Notes under the pieces: model-generated | Seen by the model: the letters and a program-made list of their open reading frames with translations, nothing else | Database searches by the model: none | What the model was told of the DNA's origin: nothing | Part shown: positions 10,876-21,370 of the stretch, in pieces | Layout of the letters: every line of letters begins with the position of its first letter | How positions within the stretch are numbered: the first letter of the stretch is position 1 | NCBI GenBank assembly: GCA_963779615.1 | Contig: CAVZZA010000003.1 | Location: forward strand, 896,001 to 960,000 | Reading direction: 5' to 3' | Length of the DNA stretch: 64,000 nucleotides | Source of the DNA: an uncultured Nitrososphaeraceae archaeon | GTDB lineage: Archaea; Thermoproteota; Nitrososphaeria; Nitrososphaerales; Nitrososphaeraceae | Made by a program: the position numbers and the translations under genes

Positions 10876-11486
10876 ATTTTACAAAAATTTTGACAGCCAT
10901 CATCAAAATCCATCAAAAAGGAATTTAACGCGCTTATAGAAACAAGTGGGATGCCATCAATAAACTGGATGGCATTCGGCAAAAATGTCAATACAATCGG
11001 AAGAGCATTTTTTATATTCATTTTTGTTTTCTCTAAAAAAAGCACGCTACGGCTTTTTTGTTTCTCGGCAATATGTTTAAGACCAGTTAGAGAATTCTTT
11101 TTCCAGTGTTTGCAATCAATTAACAAAGCTTTTTGAGATTTTATGCCTACTATATCTATTTCCCGCCTAGGGTTATTTAATCGAAAATTTTTATAAACAG
11201 AATAACCATGACACTTCATTATTTCGGATGAAAACAACTCAAAATCATGCCAATTTATTTTGCTACATATGCTAACCAAATCAACACCATTGTAAACAGC
11301 TATCAATGCAATAGTAAGTTTATTATGAATTGAAATGCCTATTTTATTGTCTTTGATTTTTATGTCATATTGGGAGAGAAAGAACAACAATTCATCAAAA
11401 ACATCACTATTGACAATACCGAAATGTTCTAAACCAGATTCAAAGTTATCCAAGACATAAACTAACAGCGAGGGATTAAGACTCAA
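10872..11486 (-). CDS. PD-(D/E)xK restriction-endonuclease-like (Mrr/NERD-type) protein
   Basis: WHDFE, REIDIVG and LIDCKHW motifs. Confidence 0.75.
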   Translation of the reverse strand: MSLNPSLLVYVLDNFESGLEHFGIVNSDVFDELLFFLSQYDIKIKDNKIGISIHNKLTIALIAVYNGVDLVSICSKINWHDFELFSSEIMKCHGYSVYKNFRLNNPRREIDIVGIKSQKALLIDCKHWKKNSLTGLKHIAEKQKSRSVLFLEKTKMNIKNALPIVLTFLPNAIQFIDGIPLVSISALNSFLMDFDDGCQNFCKI

Positions 11487-11526
11487 AGAATATTATAATT
11501 TATAACATCAAAAGAAAAAAAAAGAA

Positions 11527-11934
11527 TTATTTTACTACTATTGTACCAGACATTTGTGGATGTAACTGGCAATAGTATGGGAATTCTCCGGCAGCAGCAA
11601 ATGTATGTTCAAATGTATCGCCTTTGCTAAGCAGTTTGGTTAATCCAGAATCAAATTCTTTACCAGAGTCCGGGGATCCTGTAGTTCCGGATGTAATGGT
11701 GTGCTGAACAGAGTCATCGTTTGTCCATATAACCTTTTGGCCAACTTTTACTTCCTGAGGGGAAGGAGGACTGTATGCTTTATCTGTCAAAGTGGATGCT
11801 CCCGGAACAATGGTGATTGGGAAGTCGGCACCCTGAGCGAAAACATTAAAGTTTCCACTGGATGAAACAGCCACTACACTAAGAATTGCAAGTAGACTTG
11901 CTGCAATGTAAACTGGTTTATTTACCTTTTTCAT
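11527..11934 (-). CDS. Secreted blue-copper (plastocyanin/cupredoxin) protein
   Basis: Likely start MKKVNK at 11934 followed by a signal peptide; W.N.D...H and YYCQLHPQMSG type-1 copper ligands; upstream extension in the ORF track looks spurious. Confidence 0.9.
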   Translation of the reverse strand: MKKVNKPVYIAASLLAILSVVAVSSSGNFNVFAQGADFPITIVPGASTLTDKAYSPPSPQEVKVGQKVIWTNDDSVQHTITSGTTGSPDSGKEFDSGLTKLLSKGDTFEHTFAAAGEFPYYCQLHPQMSGTIVVK

Positions 11935-12220
11935 TAAAGTTACATTATAATATAGAGTTAATAAATATTGTGAGATTATAAAGGTAAAAACTTGTATTAG
12001 ATTTAGGTGGACTCTAAAATAACTTTCAATATTTATTAAAAAAATATAAATAATCCAACATTTAAAAATTTTCAATGTTTTATCACAATAGGTAGGTTTA
12101 AGTATCAAAACCACACCTGACAAAAAAATATAAAGGATAAAATAAAGGGAGCAATACAAGCACAAATTTTCCGGCGAATAAAAAAACATAATAAGGCATA
12201 TCAATCATTTTTAATAAACG

Positions 12221-12466
12221 ATGTCTAAGACTTGTTTAAAATGCAACAAAACCTTTGAGGAAAGCGAGGTAGAAGATCCAACATCGCAAAAATATCCATC
12301 CTGCCCTGATTGTTGGAAAGAATGGACTACCTATGCAGTAATGGTAATGAATGAAATGAGACTTGATATGTCGCTTCCAGAACACAGAAAAGCTTTAAAG
12401 AAATACGAAAAGGGATTTTTTGAAAAAACTCTTGGGGAGATAGAGAAAAAGCCAGAAAGCAAATGA
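12221..12466 (+). CDS. Fe(II)-trafficking / YggX-like protein
   Basis: CxxC...CPDCWKEW...MVMNEMRLDMS.PEHRK.L...FF pattern. Confidence 0.75.
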   Translation: MSKTCLKCNKTFEESEVEDPTSQKYPSCPDCWKEWTTYAVMVMNEMRLDMSLPEHRKALKKYEKGFFEKTLGEIEKKPESK

Positions 12467-12523
12467 CAATAATTTAATAGAGGTTACAAACACCTCCAGT
12501 AATCAATCTTATCTATTTACTAT

Positions 12524-12983
12524 TTATCCAACATTTGGGATTAATTTTACAAATTTCTTCGGGTCAGGGGTGTTTAATATTGTTTCCATGAAACAATACC
12601 ACAGTTTATCCCTTTTATTTTCAGGCAGATCATTCAGTATTTTAACCAAAGATAAAATAAATTGACTATCAAAATCCCTCAACTCCGGGGGATTTAGATG
12701 CAACTCTAATAGATACGAGTAAAAAATAGAGTTTATTGAAGAGTTATCCATTTCGGACAGAGAAGTCAACCATGAATTAAAAAGATCCAACACTTTGGGT
12801 TTTTCTATCTTGCCATAGTTCTTTAAAATATTGGTGATTATTTCCTTTTTTTCGGATTGGTCAAAACCATTAAATTCATCCAATCTTTTTTTGATAATGG
12901 CATTTCTGAATCCAACAGGCAAGTTTGACAAGATAATCAGAATATTTTCAATGAATTTTGATGCTGATGAGTTTTGACCCATG
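12524..12983 (-). CDS. Conserved hypothetical protein
   Basis: Helical ORF; probable start MGQNSS near 12983. Confidence 0.65.
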
Positions 12984-13114
12984 TAGAAAAATATTGGTTC
13001 TGTAATTTTTTTCTTACGGAATATGATTTTACAGGAAAAAAATAATAACAATGATAATAATTTAAAATGGAACTATTAAGATTAAATATTATATAATTTT
13101 TATAAAAATGATAT

Positions 13115-14122
13115 ATGCCTTGTACGGTTACGATAGGTGGATTTTATGGCGACGAAGGAAAAGGGAAAGTTATAGCTTATTTGGCAATTAATGACAATTA
13201 TAATTTGGCCGCAAGAGGGGGAGTAGGACCTAATGCAGGACATACCTTTGTCCAAAACAATAAAGAATATAAAGTTAGGATGTTACCTAGCGCAGTATTA
13301 AACAAAGATACGAAACTATTGATTGGGGCAGGCGTATTAGTGGAACCTAACACGCTTTTGAAAGAAATCAACACATTTGATGCGATTGACAGAACATTCA
13401 TAGACTTCCAGTGTGGCATTATTGAACAGCATCATCAAGAGAGAGACAAGAAAGATGATCATCTAAAAGAAACCATTGGCACCACGGGTACTGGAACTGG
13501 CCCCGCCAATGCAGACAGAGCATTGAGAAAATTAAAACTTGCAAAAGACATTCCTGAAGTGGCTTTATTCTTGGAAGATATCAGTAATTCGATTAACTAT
13601 TCAATAGACAATAAAGAAAATGTTCTCATAGAAGGGACACAGGGAACTTTTTTATCGCTGTATCATGGAATGTATCCGTTTGTAACTTCTAAGGATGTAA
13701 CTGCTTCTGCAATATGTTCTGATGTAGGTGTGGGTCCAAAAAAAATAGATGACGTTTTAATTGTTTTTAAATCATATGTTACGAGAGTGGGAGAAGGTCC
13801 GTTAGCAAATGAAATAGGTACTAAAGAAGCTAAAGAAAAAAATTGGTTGGAATTTGGTAGTGTAACAGGGAGGGAAAGAAGAGCAGCACCCTTTGATTTC
13901 AATCTTGCAAAAAAATCCATTCGAATTAATAGTGCTACCCAGATTGCACTAACAAAATTAGACATCATTTTTCCTGAATGCAAAGGTATTAAAGATTATT
14001 CAAAACTTACAAAAGAAGCAACCAAATTCATAGAGAACATTGAATCTGAAGCAGGTATTCCGGTTACAATAATAGGCACAGGAGCTGAAATTAATGATAC
14101 CATAGATCGAAGAAAAAAATAG
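13115..14122 (+). CDS. purA: Adenylosuccinate synthetase (short archaeal type)
   Basis: GDEGKGK, GPNAGHT, EGTQG, YPFVTS and FGSVTGRERR motifs. Confidence 0.96.
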   Translation: MPCTVTIGGFYGDEGKGKVIAYLAINDNYNLAARGGVGPNAGHTFVQNNKEYKVRMLPSAVLNKDTKLLIGAGVLVEPNTLLKEINTFDAIDRTFIDFQCGIIEQHHQERDKKDDHLKETIGTTGTGTGPANADRALRKLKLAKDIPEVALFLEDISNSINYSIDNKENVLIEGTQGTFLSLYHGMYPFVTSKDVTASAICSDVGVGPKKIDDVLIVFKSYVTRVGEGPLANEIGTKEAKEKNWLEFGSVTGRERRAAPFDFNLAKKSIRINSATQIALTKLDIIFPECKGIKDYSKLTKEATKFIENIESEAGIPVTIIGTGAEINDTIDRRKK

Positions 14123-14479
14123 ACAGATAATTTACAAATGTGAAGAAAGAAAGCATGGGTTCAATCAGGTTTAAACTATGCAAAAACAATCCATCGAAGA
14201 TAGAAAATACTCTTTAGAATCACTAAATAAACAGATGACAAATATATTAAAATCCACATAGTTTTGCCATTATTTTTTATTTGAAAATAAGTTTAAGGAA
14301 GCAGATTATGATCTTTATGCATATTCAGTTACACAACTCACCTATTTATCAAAAGGCAGCAATGACAGGTACAAAATTCAAACCCCACAACAATACACAA
14401 TCTGATAAAAATTAGCTTTTAATTTAAACCAAAAAGAAAACGCTTATAATCCTAGCAAATACTAAGGATAAAGGTAATA

Positions 14480-15916
14480 TTGTACTTCAAAGAAGGTCTC
14501 ACCTTTGATGACGTTCTTCTTGTTCCAAAGAGATCGCCAATAATGTCAAGATCTCAAACGGATTTAAAAACTAAATTATCAACCAATATCAAAATCAATA
14601 TTCCAATAATTAGTGCCAACATGGATACAGTTACAGAATCAGGCATGGCTAGTGCTTTGGCAAGAGAAGGAGGCATAGGAATAATTCACAGGTTTACGAC
14701 AATACAGGATCAAGTTAAAGAAGTATTAAAGGTAAAAAGAAGTGAATCAGTTATAATAGAGCAGCCTTACACAATTGGTCCACACAACACGATAAAAGAA
14801 GCTCATGCCATCATGTCTGAAAAAGGCATTTCGGGCTTGTTAGTTGAAGATGACAATAAAAAACTTTGTGGGATAATCACACGTAGAGACATTGTATTTG
14901 AGAAAAATCTGAACATGAATGTTTCAAGTTTGATGACCAAAGATGTCATTTCTGCAAAAGTCGGAACAACAATAGAACAAGCGAAGGAAATACTTCATAA
15001 AAATAAAATGGAAAAATTACCTATTCTTGACGAAGAAGAAAAAATTATTGGCCTAATAACTGGGAAAGATATATTAAAAATGGAAAAATATCCCAATGCA
15101 TCAAAGGATAAGAAAGGAAGGCTACTAGTTGGTGCTGCAGTAGGCGTGAAAGACGATTATCTTGAAAGAACCGAAGCGTTGCTAAACAATGGAGCAGATG
15201 TAATTGTGGTAGATATAGCCCATGGACATAGTGACAATGCAATAAATACGGTAAAGCTAATAAAAAAAGCATTTCCAACCTGCGAGCTAATAGCTGGAAA
15301 CGTAGCGACTGAAAAAGGAACGGAGGATTTAATAAAAGCAGGGGTTGATGCGGTAAAGGTAGGGGTAGGTTCAGGTTCTATATGCATTACAAGAATAATA
15401 ACAGGTTCAGGAGTTCCACAATTAACTGCAATAATAGATAGCGTAAAAATAGCAAAGAAATACGATATTCCAGTGATTTCGGACGGAGGAACAAGGACTT
15501 CAGGAGATGTAACCAAAGCTTTAGCAGCGGGGTCATCTTCTGTAATGATAGGAAGCATGTTTGGAGGCACAGACGAAAGTCCAGGCAAAACACTAGTCAA
15601 AAACGGAAAAAAATATAAGATGTATAGAGGAATGGCTTCGTTTTCGGCATCATTAGGTAGGAAATACAGAGAAAATGCAGAGATGAATATAGACAATGAT
15701 GATTTGAATGATTACGTTCCAGAGGGAGTAGAGGCAATGGTTCCCTATAAAGGGAGTGTTATAGAAATAATACGGCAATTAGTTGGGGGTGTAAGATCAG
15801 GTTTAAGTTATTGCGGCGTAAAAACAATTAGCGAAATGTATGAAAATGCAGAGTTTATAAAAATTAGCGCGGCCGGATATAAAGAAAGCCAGCCTCACGA
15901 TGTGGATGTGATTTAG
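14480..15916 (+). CDS. guaB: IMP dehydrogenase with CBS pair
   Basis: LTFDDVLLVP, SANMDTVT, GVGSGSICITR, YRGMAS and VPEGVE motifs. Confidence 0.96.
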   Translation: MYFKEGLTFDDVLLVPKRSPIMSRSQTDLKTKLSTNIKINIPIISANMDTVTESGMASALAREGGIGIIHRFTTIQDQVKEVLKVKRSESVIIEQPYTIGPHNTIKEAHAIMSEKGISGLLVEDDNKKLCGIITRRDIVFEKNLNMNVSSLMTKDVISAKVGTTIEQAKEILHKNKMEKLPILDEEEKIIGLITGKDILKMEKYPNASKDKKGRLLVGAAVGVKDDYLERTEALLNNGADVIVVDIAHGHSDNAINTVKLIKKAFPTCELIAGNVATEKGTEDLIKAGVDAVKVGVGSGSICITRIITGSGVPQLTAIIDSVKIAKKYDIPVISDGGTRTSGDVTKALAAGSSSVMIGSMFGGTDESPGKTLVKNGKKYKMYRGMASFSASLGRKYRENAEMNIDNDDLNDYVPEGVEAMVPYKGSVIEIIRQLVGGVRSGLSYCGVKTISEMYENAEFIKISAAGYKESQPHDVDVI

Positions 15917-16568
15917 AAGTACACTGGAGAAGGGTATATCAATACCTTATTTCAAAGTCACAAAAACAGTTGATACATTAATCAATAGCCCATTCCTGAC
16001 AAGTAACAGCAACAGCCAAGTTTTACCCTAATCAGGTTTTTAAAAGCGCCTTTATTTTTAATATTTTATTAGATGTAAATAGGTACACCCGGTCAATAAA
16101 AAAAGTATATTTTTATTTGTAGAAACGTAAAAGGCAAGTTTTCACCTAATTGATGGCAGTAGATCTTGTATTATTTTAACAAATACAAGTGCACACAATT
16201 TAACTTATGATGATATCTCATTTACATATTTGCACTTCCAATATCAAAAATAACAACTATTTAGCAAAAACCCTAGAGGCGATATTAAATTATAAAAGAT
16301 ATTTACAAAGACAAATAATATAATAAATTTATAATTTAAGCTGTGATGTATTTATCGTTGAAATGGAGAATATTATCTAGTTACAGGAATAAGATTCTAA
16401 AGATAAATCACCCCAGAGCATTATAAAACACTACAAATCTAAGCACACTTCTTTAAACTTACATTGTTTAATTAACAATATAGAAATTAAATATTGGATC
16501 ATTCCTTGATAAAAAAAACAAAAAATTAATTTTTGATATTGATTTTCGGTTTACGAAAATAAAATTAA

Positions 16569-17582
16569 TTATCTTGTCGAGTTGTTTGTTTCACCTAGTG
16601 GAATATTAATGAATGGAACTGCACCGACATTGTTGCTGCCGCTGCCGCTGCCGCTGCCGCTGCCCCCTACGCTACCGGTTACTAATGGAAGTTTTCCATC
16701 CCACCTTTGTGCTTTTAGCCAATCAAGATAGGTGGTGCTATTTTTAAGCTGTTTATCAATTATGTTTATAGCTTCTGATTCTCCTTGTGCCTTTAATATA
16801 TTGGCTTGTCTAGTACCTTCGGCTTGTGCAATGTTGCCTTTTTGATCACCTATAGCCTTTGCTTCAGTTTGCTGGGCTTCAATTTGTATCCTTCGAAGTT
16901 CATTTGAAGCTTGTAATGCGCGTTGTTCAGCTTCTACTTTAGACTCTACTGCCCTAACAAACTGTTCAGAAAACTTGAAATCGGTAATTGAAATGGTATC
17001 AACTACTATGTTATAGGGAGCCAACCGGGTCTTTATCTGTGTTTCAATTTCAGACTTTACAAGTTCCCGTTTTGTAATTAATTCTTCAGCATTAAATCGA
17101 GCGGTAACTTGCTTTACAGACTCCTGAATAGCAGGCACTATAACCCTATTAGAATAATCAAATCCAAGCTGTTTATACAATGCCGGAACAGCATCGGGGT
17201 CTACATGATAGTTCAATGCAACTTCTGTAACAACGTTTTGGAGATCTTTTGATGCAGAGGTAGTACTTTCAACTATTTTTTGAGTCCTGACTTCAAATTG
17301 TACAATAGAATCTCTAAACGGAAGAATAAAATGAAGACCTTCGCTTAATGAAACGCTGGTATCTATAGCACCAAATTTTAGCAATACACCACGAAAGCCA
17401 CCATCAACAATTTTTACACTGGATGACAAAATAACAAAGATAATTACTACTGCGATTATTGCGGGAATTGCTATTCTCAGGGGACTGGAGAATCCCATTC
17501 CACCACCTCCACCAACATCTTCCAATGGTTCACCATCGGGAGTAATTCGTCTACTTCGTTTACGTCGGAAAAAATTAGCCAC
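16569..17582 (-). CDS. Prohibitin/SPFH (band 7) family membrane protein
   Basis: TM helix, GLHF..PF, SKDLQ, AVESKVEAEQRA and WDGKLP motifs. Confidence 0.92.
   Translation of the reverse strand: MANFFRRKRSRRITPDGEPLEDVGGGGGMGFSSPLRIAIPAIIAVVIIFVILSSSVKIVDGGFRGVLLKFGAIDTSVSLSEGLHFILPFRDSIVQFEVRTQKIVESTTSASKDLQNVVTEVALNYHVDPDAVPALYKQLGFDYSNRVIVPAIQESVKQVTARFNAEELITKRELVKSEIETQIKTRLAPYNIVVDTISITDFKFSEQFVRAVESKVEAEQRALQASNELRRIQIEAQQTEAKAIGDQKGNIAQAEGTRQANILKAQGESEAINIIDKQLKNSTTYLDWLKAQRWDGKLPLVTGSVGGSGSGSGSGSNNVGAVPFINIPLGETNNSTR
16635..16664. repeat. (GCTGCC)5 microsatellite encoding a Gly-Ser linker
   Basis: Five perfect hexamer copies inside the SPFH C-terminus. Confidence 0.9.
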
Positions 17583-17631
17583 ATATAACTAATAGAATTG
17601 AATTAATTTAAATATTTGTAAAATAATTTAC

Positions 17632-17925
17632 TTATTTGCGATTACCAAAATGTTCTAAAAATTCCTTAGATAACTTTCCGGTGTCCATCAAACTAAACTC
17701 CTCTTTTAAATTATTTTCTTTTATCCATACAATGTTACCATCTAAATCAATTATGATAAGATTAGACCTTTCCAAATATCTCAAAATTGCATTTATCTTA
17801 TCCAAAGTTAAGCGAGGCGATAAAATCTTTCTAAAATCTCTCAATTTAGGAAATTGCGGTACTTCCTTAATTTTATTTAAAAAATATTCTACATCAGATT
17901 CTGAAAAGTCATTTGAAGCAGACAA
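17632..17925 (-). CDS. Hypothetical winged-helix-like protein
   Basis: 97-aa ORF co-oriented with SPFH; INAILRYLERSNLIIIDLDGNIVW. Confidence 0.65.
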   Translation of the reverse strand: MSASNDFSESDVEYFLNKIKEVPQFPKLRDFRKILSPRLTLDKINAILRYLERSNLIIIDLDGNIVWIKENNLKEEFSLMDTGKLSKEFLEHFGNRK

Positions 17926-17989
17926 ATCCCTTTTTTTATTGATTTTTTTTTTATGTATACAAATTTTTGTGAAATTTTTACTAATAAGT

Positions 17990-18400
17990 CTTTTCGTGAT
18001 AATTGCTGGGGTAGCTTATTAGATGATGCCAATGTTCTTTATAAATAAAGAGAACATATAATTGAAAATTGAAAATTGAAAACATTATTGATGCTCAGCC
18101 TTTTGTTTTACTACTAACTATATCCTTATCAACAGGAATTCATAATTGGGGAAATGGATTAATTGTATCAGCTATAATAGCAATAGGAGAAACATTATCA
18201 AGTCCATTTCTTGTGATGGGGTTTGTTTTACACATTGTTTCCGAAGGGATCACAATTTAATCCCCATCAATTAAAACCAAAACATGAACAATAATATCAG
18301 TCTATTGGGTATTAAAAATAATTTCTAAACTCCTAGTTATTATTAGTTTATTTATTGCAAACCAGCGGTATTCAAATATCACATTAACGCATTACTACCT
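17990..18400 (+). pseudogene. ZIP-family metal transporter remnant
   Basis: ISLSTGIHNWGNGL...FLVMGFVLHIVSEGITI* resembles ZIP HNxxEG motifs; stops and truncation; boundaries approximate. Confidence 0.6.
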
Positions 18401-18690
18401 ATAGAACTGACTCCAACATTCAGACGTTTTTGCAACAACTAGACACAATTAAAAACGGCGAAAACAAAGAAAGAAAATATGACTGAAACAAAATAAAAGT
18501 CCAATCATTTCAATCTGTTTGAAACAAGATTGGATTTAATGTGTATTGAGTTTATTAATATATCGCATAAAAAAATAAACAAGGGATTATCCTGTACGAT
18601 AAGTTAAACATACGGTTAGTCAATAGAAGAGCCCGGCAGAATAAAGAATAATCAGCCTGATAAGGACTTGCTTTGTTCGTGGTATTCATA

Positions 18691-18946
18691 ATGGAAAAAA
18701 GAAGAAAAAGGGAATCAAACGAGAACATGCAAAATGGAAGATTATCTTGAAGTGATTTGTGAAATTCCAACAAAAAGATGCGTTACCACTGCAGACATTT
18801 CCAAATACCATAATGTCAGTTCTCCAAGAGTGAGCAGAATTGTAAAAAAACTAAATGAAAAACAGGATTTAATTATGAAAAGTACAGCAATCCAAGACCA
18901 ACATCTGAAGGCATTCAAATTGCAAAACCAGGTGCTGAAGGAATGA
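18691..18946 (+). pseudogene. DtxR/MntR metal-dependent regulator remnant
   Basis: MEDYLEVI..., DISKYHNVSSPRVSRIVKKL; YEKY...TSEGIQIAK continues in another frame; C-terminal domain absent. Confidence 0.75.
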
Positions 18947-19099
18947 TTATCATATTCATTCCCGAACTACCAAAAAACTTGAAGAATTTATAATGATAAT
19001 TTAAAAGAGAATCAAAAATTGATTGAAGATTCACAGCAATAAGATATAAAAAAACATAGTCAAAATAGAACTACAGTTATTAGTGCCTAATGTTAAGCA

Positions 19100-19393
19100 T
19101 CATGGGAAGGGCAATTTAAGGTACGAGTCATAATAAGAAATATCAACAATCTTATTATTAAAAGAAAGGCCAGCCCCACTTAATTTATTATCAAAATACT
19201 TGCCACAAAGATTCAGAAAATCACAACTTGTGTTCAAGGTTTGATTTGGTTTAGAAACCTTAGATTGGACATAAGTGAAATACTGATCTGGAAATGATTC
19301 TGAAAAAGTATATTTAAGCGACAACCCATCTGTTGATAAAATAATCATAAATGCAACAGAAGAAATGGCAATAGATTTAGATATCAAATTCAT
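19100..19393 (-). CDS. Hypothetical secreted protein
   Basis: Signal-like N-terminus, Cys pair, C-terminal LPFP. Confidence 0.5.
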   Translation of the reverse strand: MNLISKSIAISSVAFMIILSTDGLSLKYTFSESFPDQYFTYVQSKVSKPNQTLNTSCDFLNLCGKYFDNKLSGAGLSFNNKIVDISYYDSYLKLPFP

Positions 19394-19610
19394 ATAGGAT
19401 TACAATGTTTTTGAGAGTAAATTATAATTGCATTTCCATCAATAGTGCTATTATTTTGATTCTAACAGATATACTAGAAAAAATAACACCTTAAAAAGAA
19501 AAGATCTTGTAATAACCATCAATAAAGTTCCAATTCAATAAAAAAATTGGTGATTGTAATAAGAATATGTAATTATTTGATATTAAAAGAAGTATTTTTA
19601 TATGCAATAG

Positions 19611-20357
19611 TTATTTTATGAATTCGAGAGAATCTATGAATGATCTTACAAAGTTAAAGTTTTTAGAATGGGCATTTTTATCAGACTCATACTCAAGAAT
19701 ATAGACTTTTTTATCTTTAACTATTAAAACACATATAACCTTATTGATTTTATCGCCACTCGTAAATTCAAAAACTATCACCCTTGAAGGTAAATTATTC
19801 TTAAGAACTACTTCTCCTGATTCAGATTTTTTAAAATTAAAATTCTCAAGTTTCTTGTCCAGAATTTTTTGAAAGAACGTAATTGCAAAACCATCCAATA
19901 TAGATTTTTGATTTTGTTTATAATTGGCAAAAATGTTTACGAGATCGTTAAAAAAGTTGTAATTCAGTTTATGCGAATAAATCGAAAAACGCTGAGCATC
20001 ATCTGGGGAATGAAAAAAAACTAATTCTCTGTAATCCGGATCAAGTTCCAAGTGTGTGACTGGATTTAAAAATCCAACTAGCCAGTTTTTAGGATAGTTT
20101 ACGGTGAATCCCTCTACAGAATTTACATAATTATAATAATTGATGTCCTTATTTGTACTATTAAATATAAAAGAAGGGTTGGATGCAATTGAAAGATTGC
20201 TAGAAGATGCAAAAGCCGAGATCCAGTTAGGCACAACAAAATAAAAAATAGATAAAACTATAAACAGCAAAATATAATTTTTTGGGGAAACACCATATAC
20301 ACAGATAGCATTTAAATACATTATTGACATTTTAATAAAACCCATCTCACTTATCAC
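19611..20357 (-). CDS. PsbP-like secreted/membrane-anchored protein
   Basis: TM helix, Y.N...GFTVNYPKNW and C-terminal VYILEY...FIDSLEF; start uncertain. Confidence 0.65.
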   Translation of the reverse strand: MISEMGFIKMSIMYLNAICVYGVSPKNYILLFIVLSIFYFVVPNWISAFASSSNLSIASNPSFIFNSTNKDINYYNYVNSVEGFTVNYPKNWLVGFLNPVTHLELDPDYRELVFFHSPDDAQRFSIYSHKLNYNFFNDLVNIFANYKQNQKSILDGFAITFFQKILDKKLENFNFKKSESGEVVLKNNLPSRVIVFEFTSGDKINKVICVLIVKDKKVYILEYESDKNAHSKNFNFVRSFIDSLEFIK

Positions 20358-20601
20358 AAATAAGTTAACTAATGAAAATAAATATAATAAGATTTTTAGA
20401 TTTATGCAGATTACGAACCGTAGCTTTTAATACGGAAAAAATAGAAATTTGGTTTTAATCCGTGGCTCACCTGTAACAAAACAGCACAAAGAAAAATTGG
20501 TACAAAGAAACAAAGGATAGAAACATCAAAAAATGACAAAGAAAAGGTATATTTTCAGTTGAAATTTTAATGTATCATAGATAAAAGGGAATTGATTTCA
20601 A

Positions 20602-21369
20602 TTGCAGGTGTCTGACAAACAGAAAAGTAATGACAGGAAAGACATTGGAACCCTTATAGTGGTTGAGGGGATAGATGGGTCTGGAAAGTCAACTCAAATA
20701 CACCTGCTGGATAGATGGTTGAGATCAAAAGGATACAACGTTTTTTTTACCGAGTGGAACTCTTCCGCATCTGTTAAGGAAATTACCTCCAAGGGCAAGA
20801 AAAAGGCCATGTTGACCCCAACAACCTTTTCTCTCCCTCACGCAACGGATTTTGCTGACAGGTATGAAAGGAATATTTACCCGCTGTTGAGGGCTGGGTA
20901 CATCGTACTTGCGGACAGGTACGTCTATACCGCGTTGGCAAGGGACATTGTTAGGGGATGCGACAAGGAATGGGTGGAAAACATCTACAAGTACGCAATT
21001 AAACCTGACATAATTTTTTATTTTCAGGTGCCTGTAGAAACTGCAGTCAACAGAATCATAGCAAGCAGGCCAAAACTAAAATATTATGAGGCTGGAATGG
21101 ATTTAAAGTTAAGCAAAGATGAACATGAAAGATACAGGATATTCCAAGGGAGAATCGTTGATGAATATGAATCAATGGTAAACCCGGAGAGGTTCACAGT
21201 AATTGACGGTACCATGGACATTGAAAAACAACAAAACATGGTAAGAAAACGCGTCCTAAGGTCCTTAGGCAACAAAAAAACACTCCTGGGTGACACACTT
21301 CAGGAAGGTAACGATATAAAAGTGGTGACAAGGGACGAGGTTAAAGCAGCCAATCAGCAAAAACAATAA
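20602..21369 (+). CDS. tmk: Thymidylate kinase family protein (copy 1)
   Basis: VEGIDGSGKSTQ P-loop, LADRY and KPDI motifs. Confidence 0.88.
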   Translation: MQVSDKQKSNDRKDIGTLIVVEGIDGSGKSTQIHLLDRWLRSKGYNVFFTEWNSSASVKEITSKGKKKAMLTPTTFSLPHATDFADRYERNIYPLLRAGYIVLADRYVYTALARDIVRGCDKEWVENIYKYAIKPDIIFYFQVPVETAVNRIIASRPKLKYYEAGMDLKLSKDEHERYRIFQGRIVDEYESMVNPERFTVIDGTMDIEKQQNMVRKRVLRSLGNKKTLLGDTLQEGNDIKVVTRDEVKAANQQKQ

Positions 21370-21370
21370 A

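Noticed and set aside
11935-12204. Long hydrophobic N-terminal extension of the cupredoxin ORF
   Set aside because: AT-rich divergent promoter region; the signal peptide starts at 11934
15045-15696. Antisense ORFs within guaB (and similar ones in guaA, purA, ilvE, aspartate kinase and the histidine kinase)
   Set aside because: Shadow ORFs opposite well-supported genes
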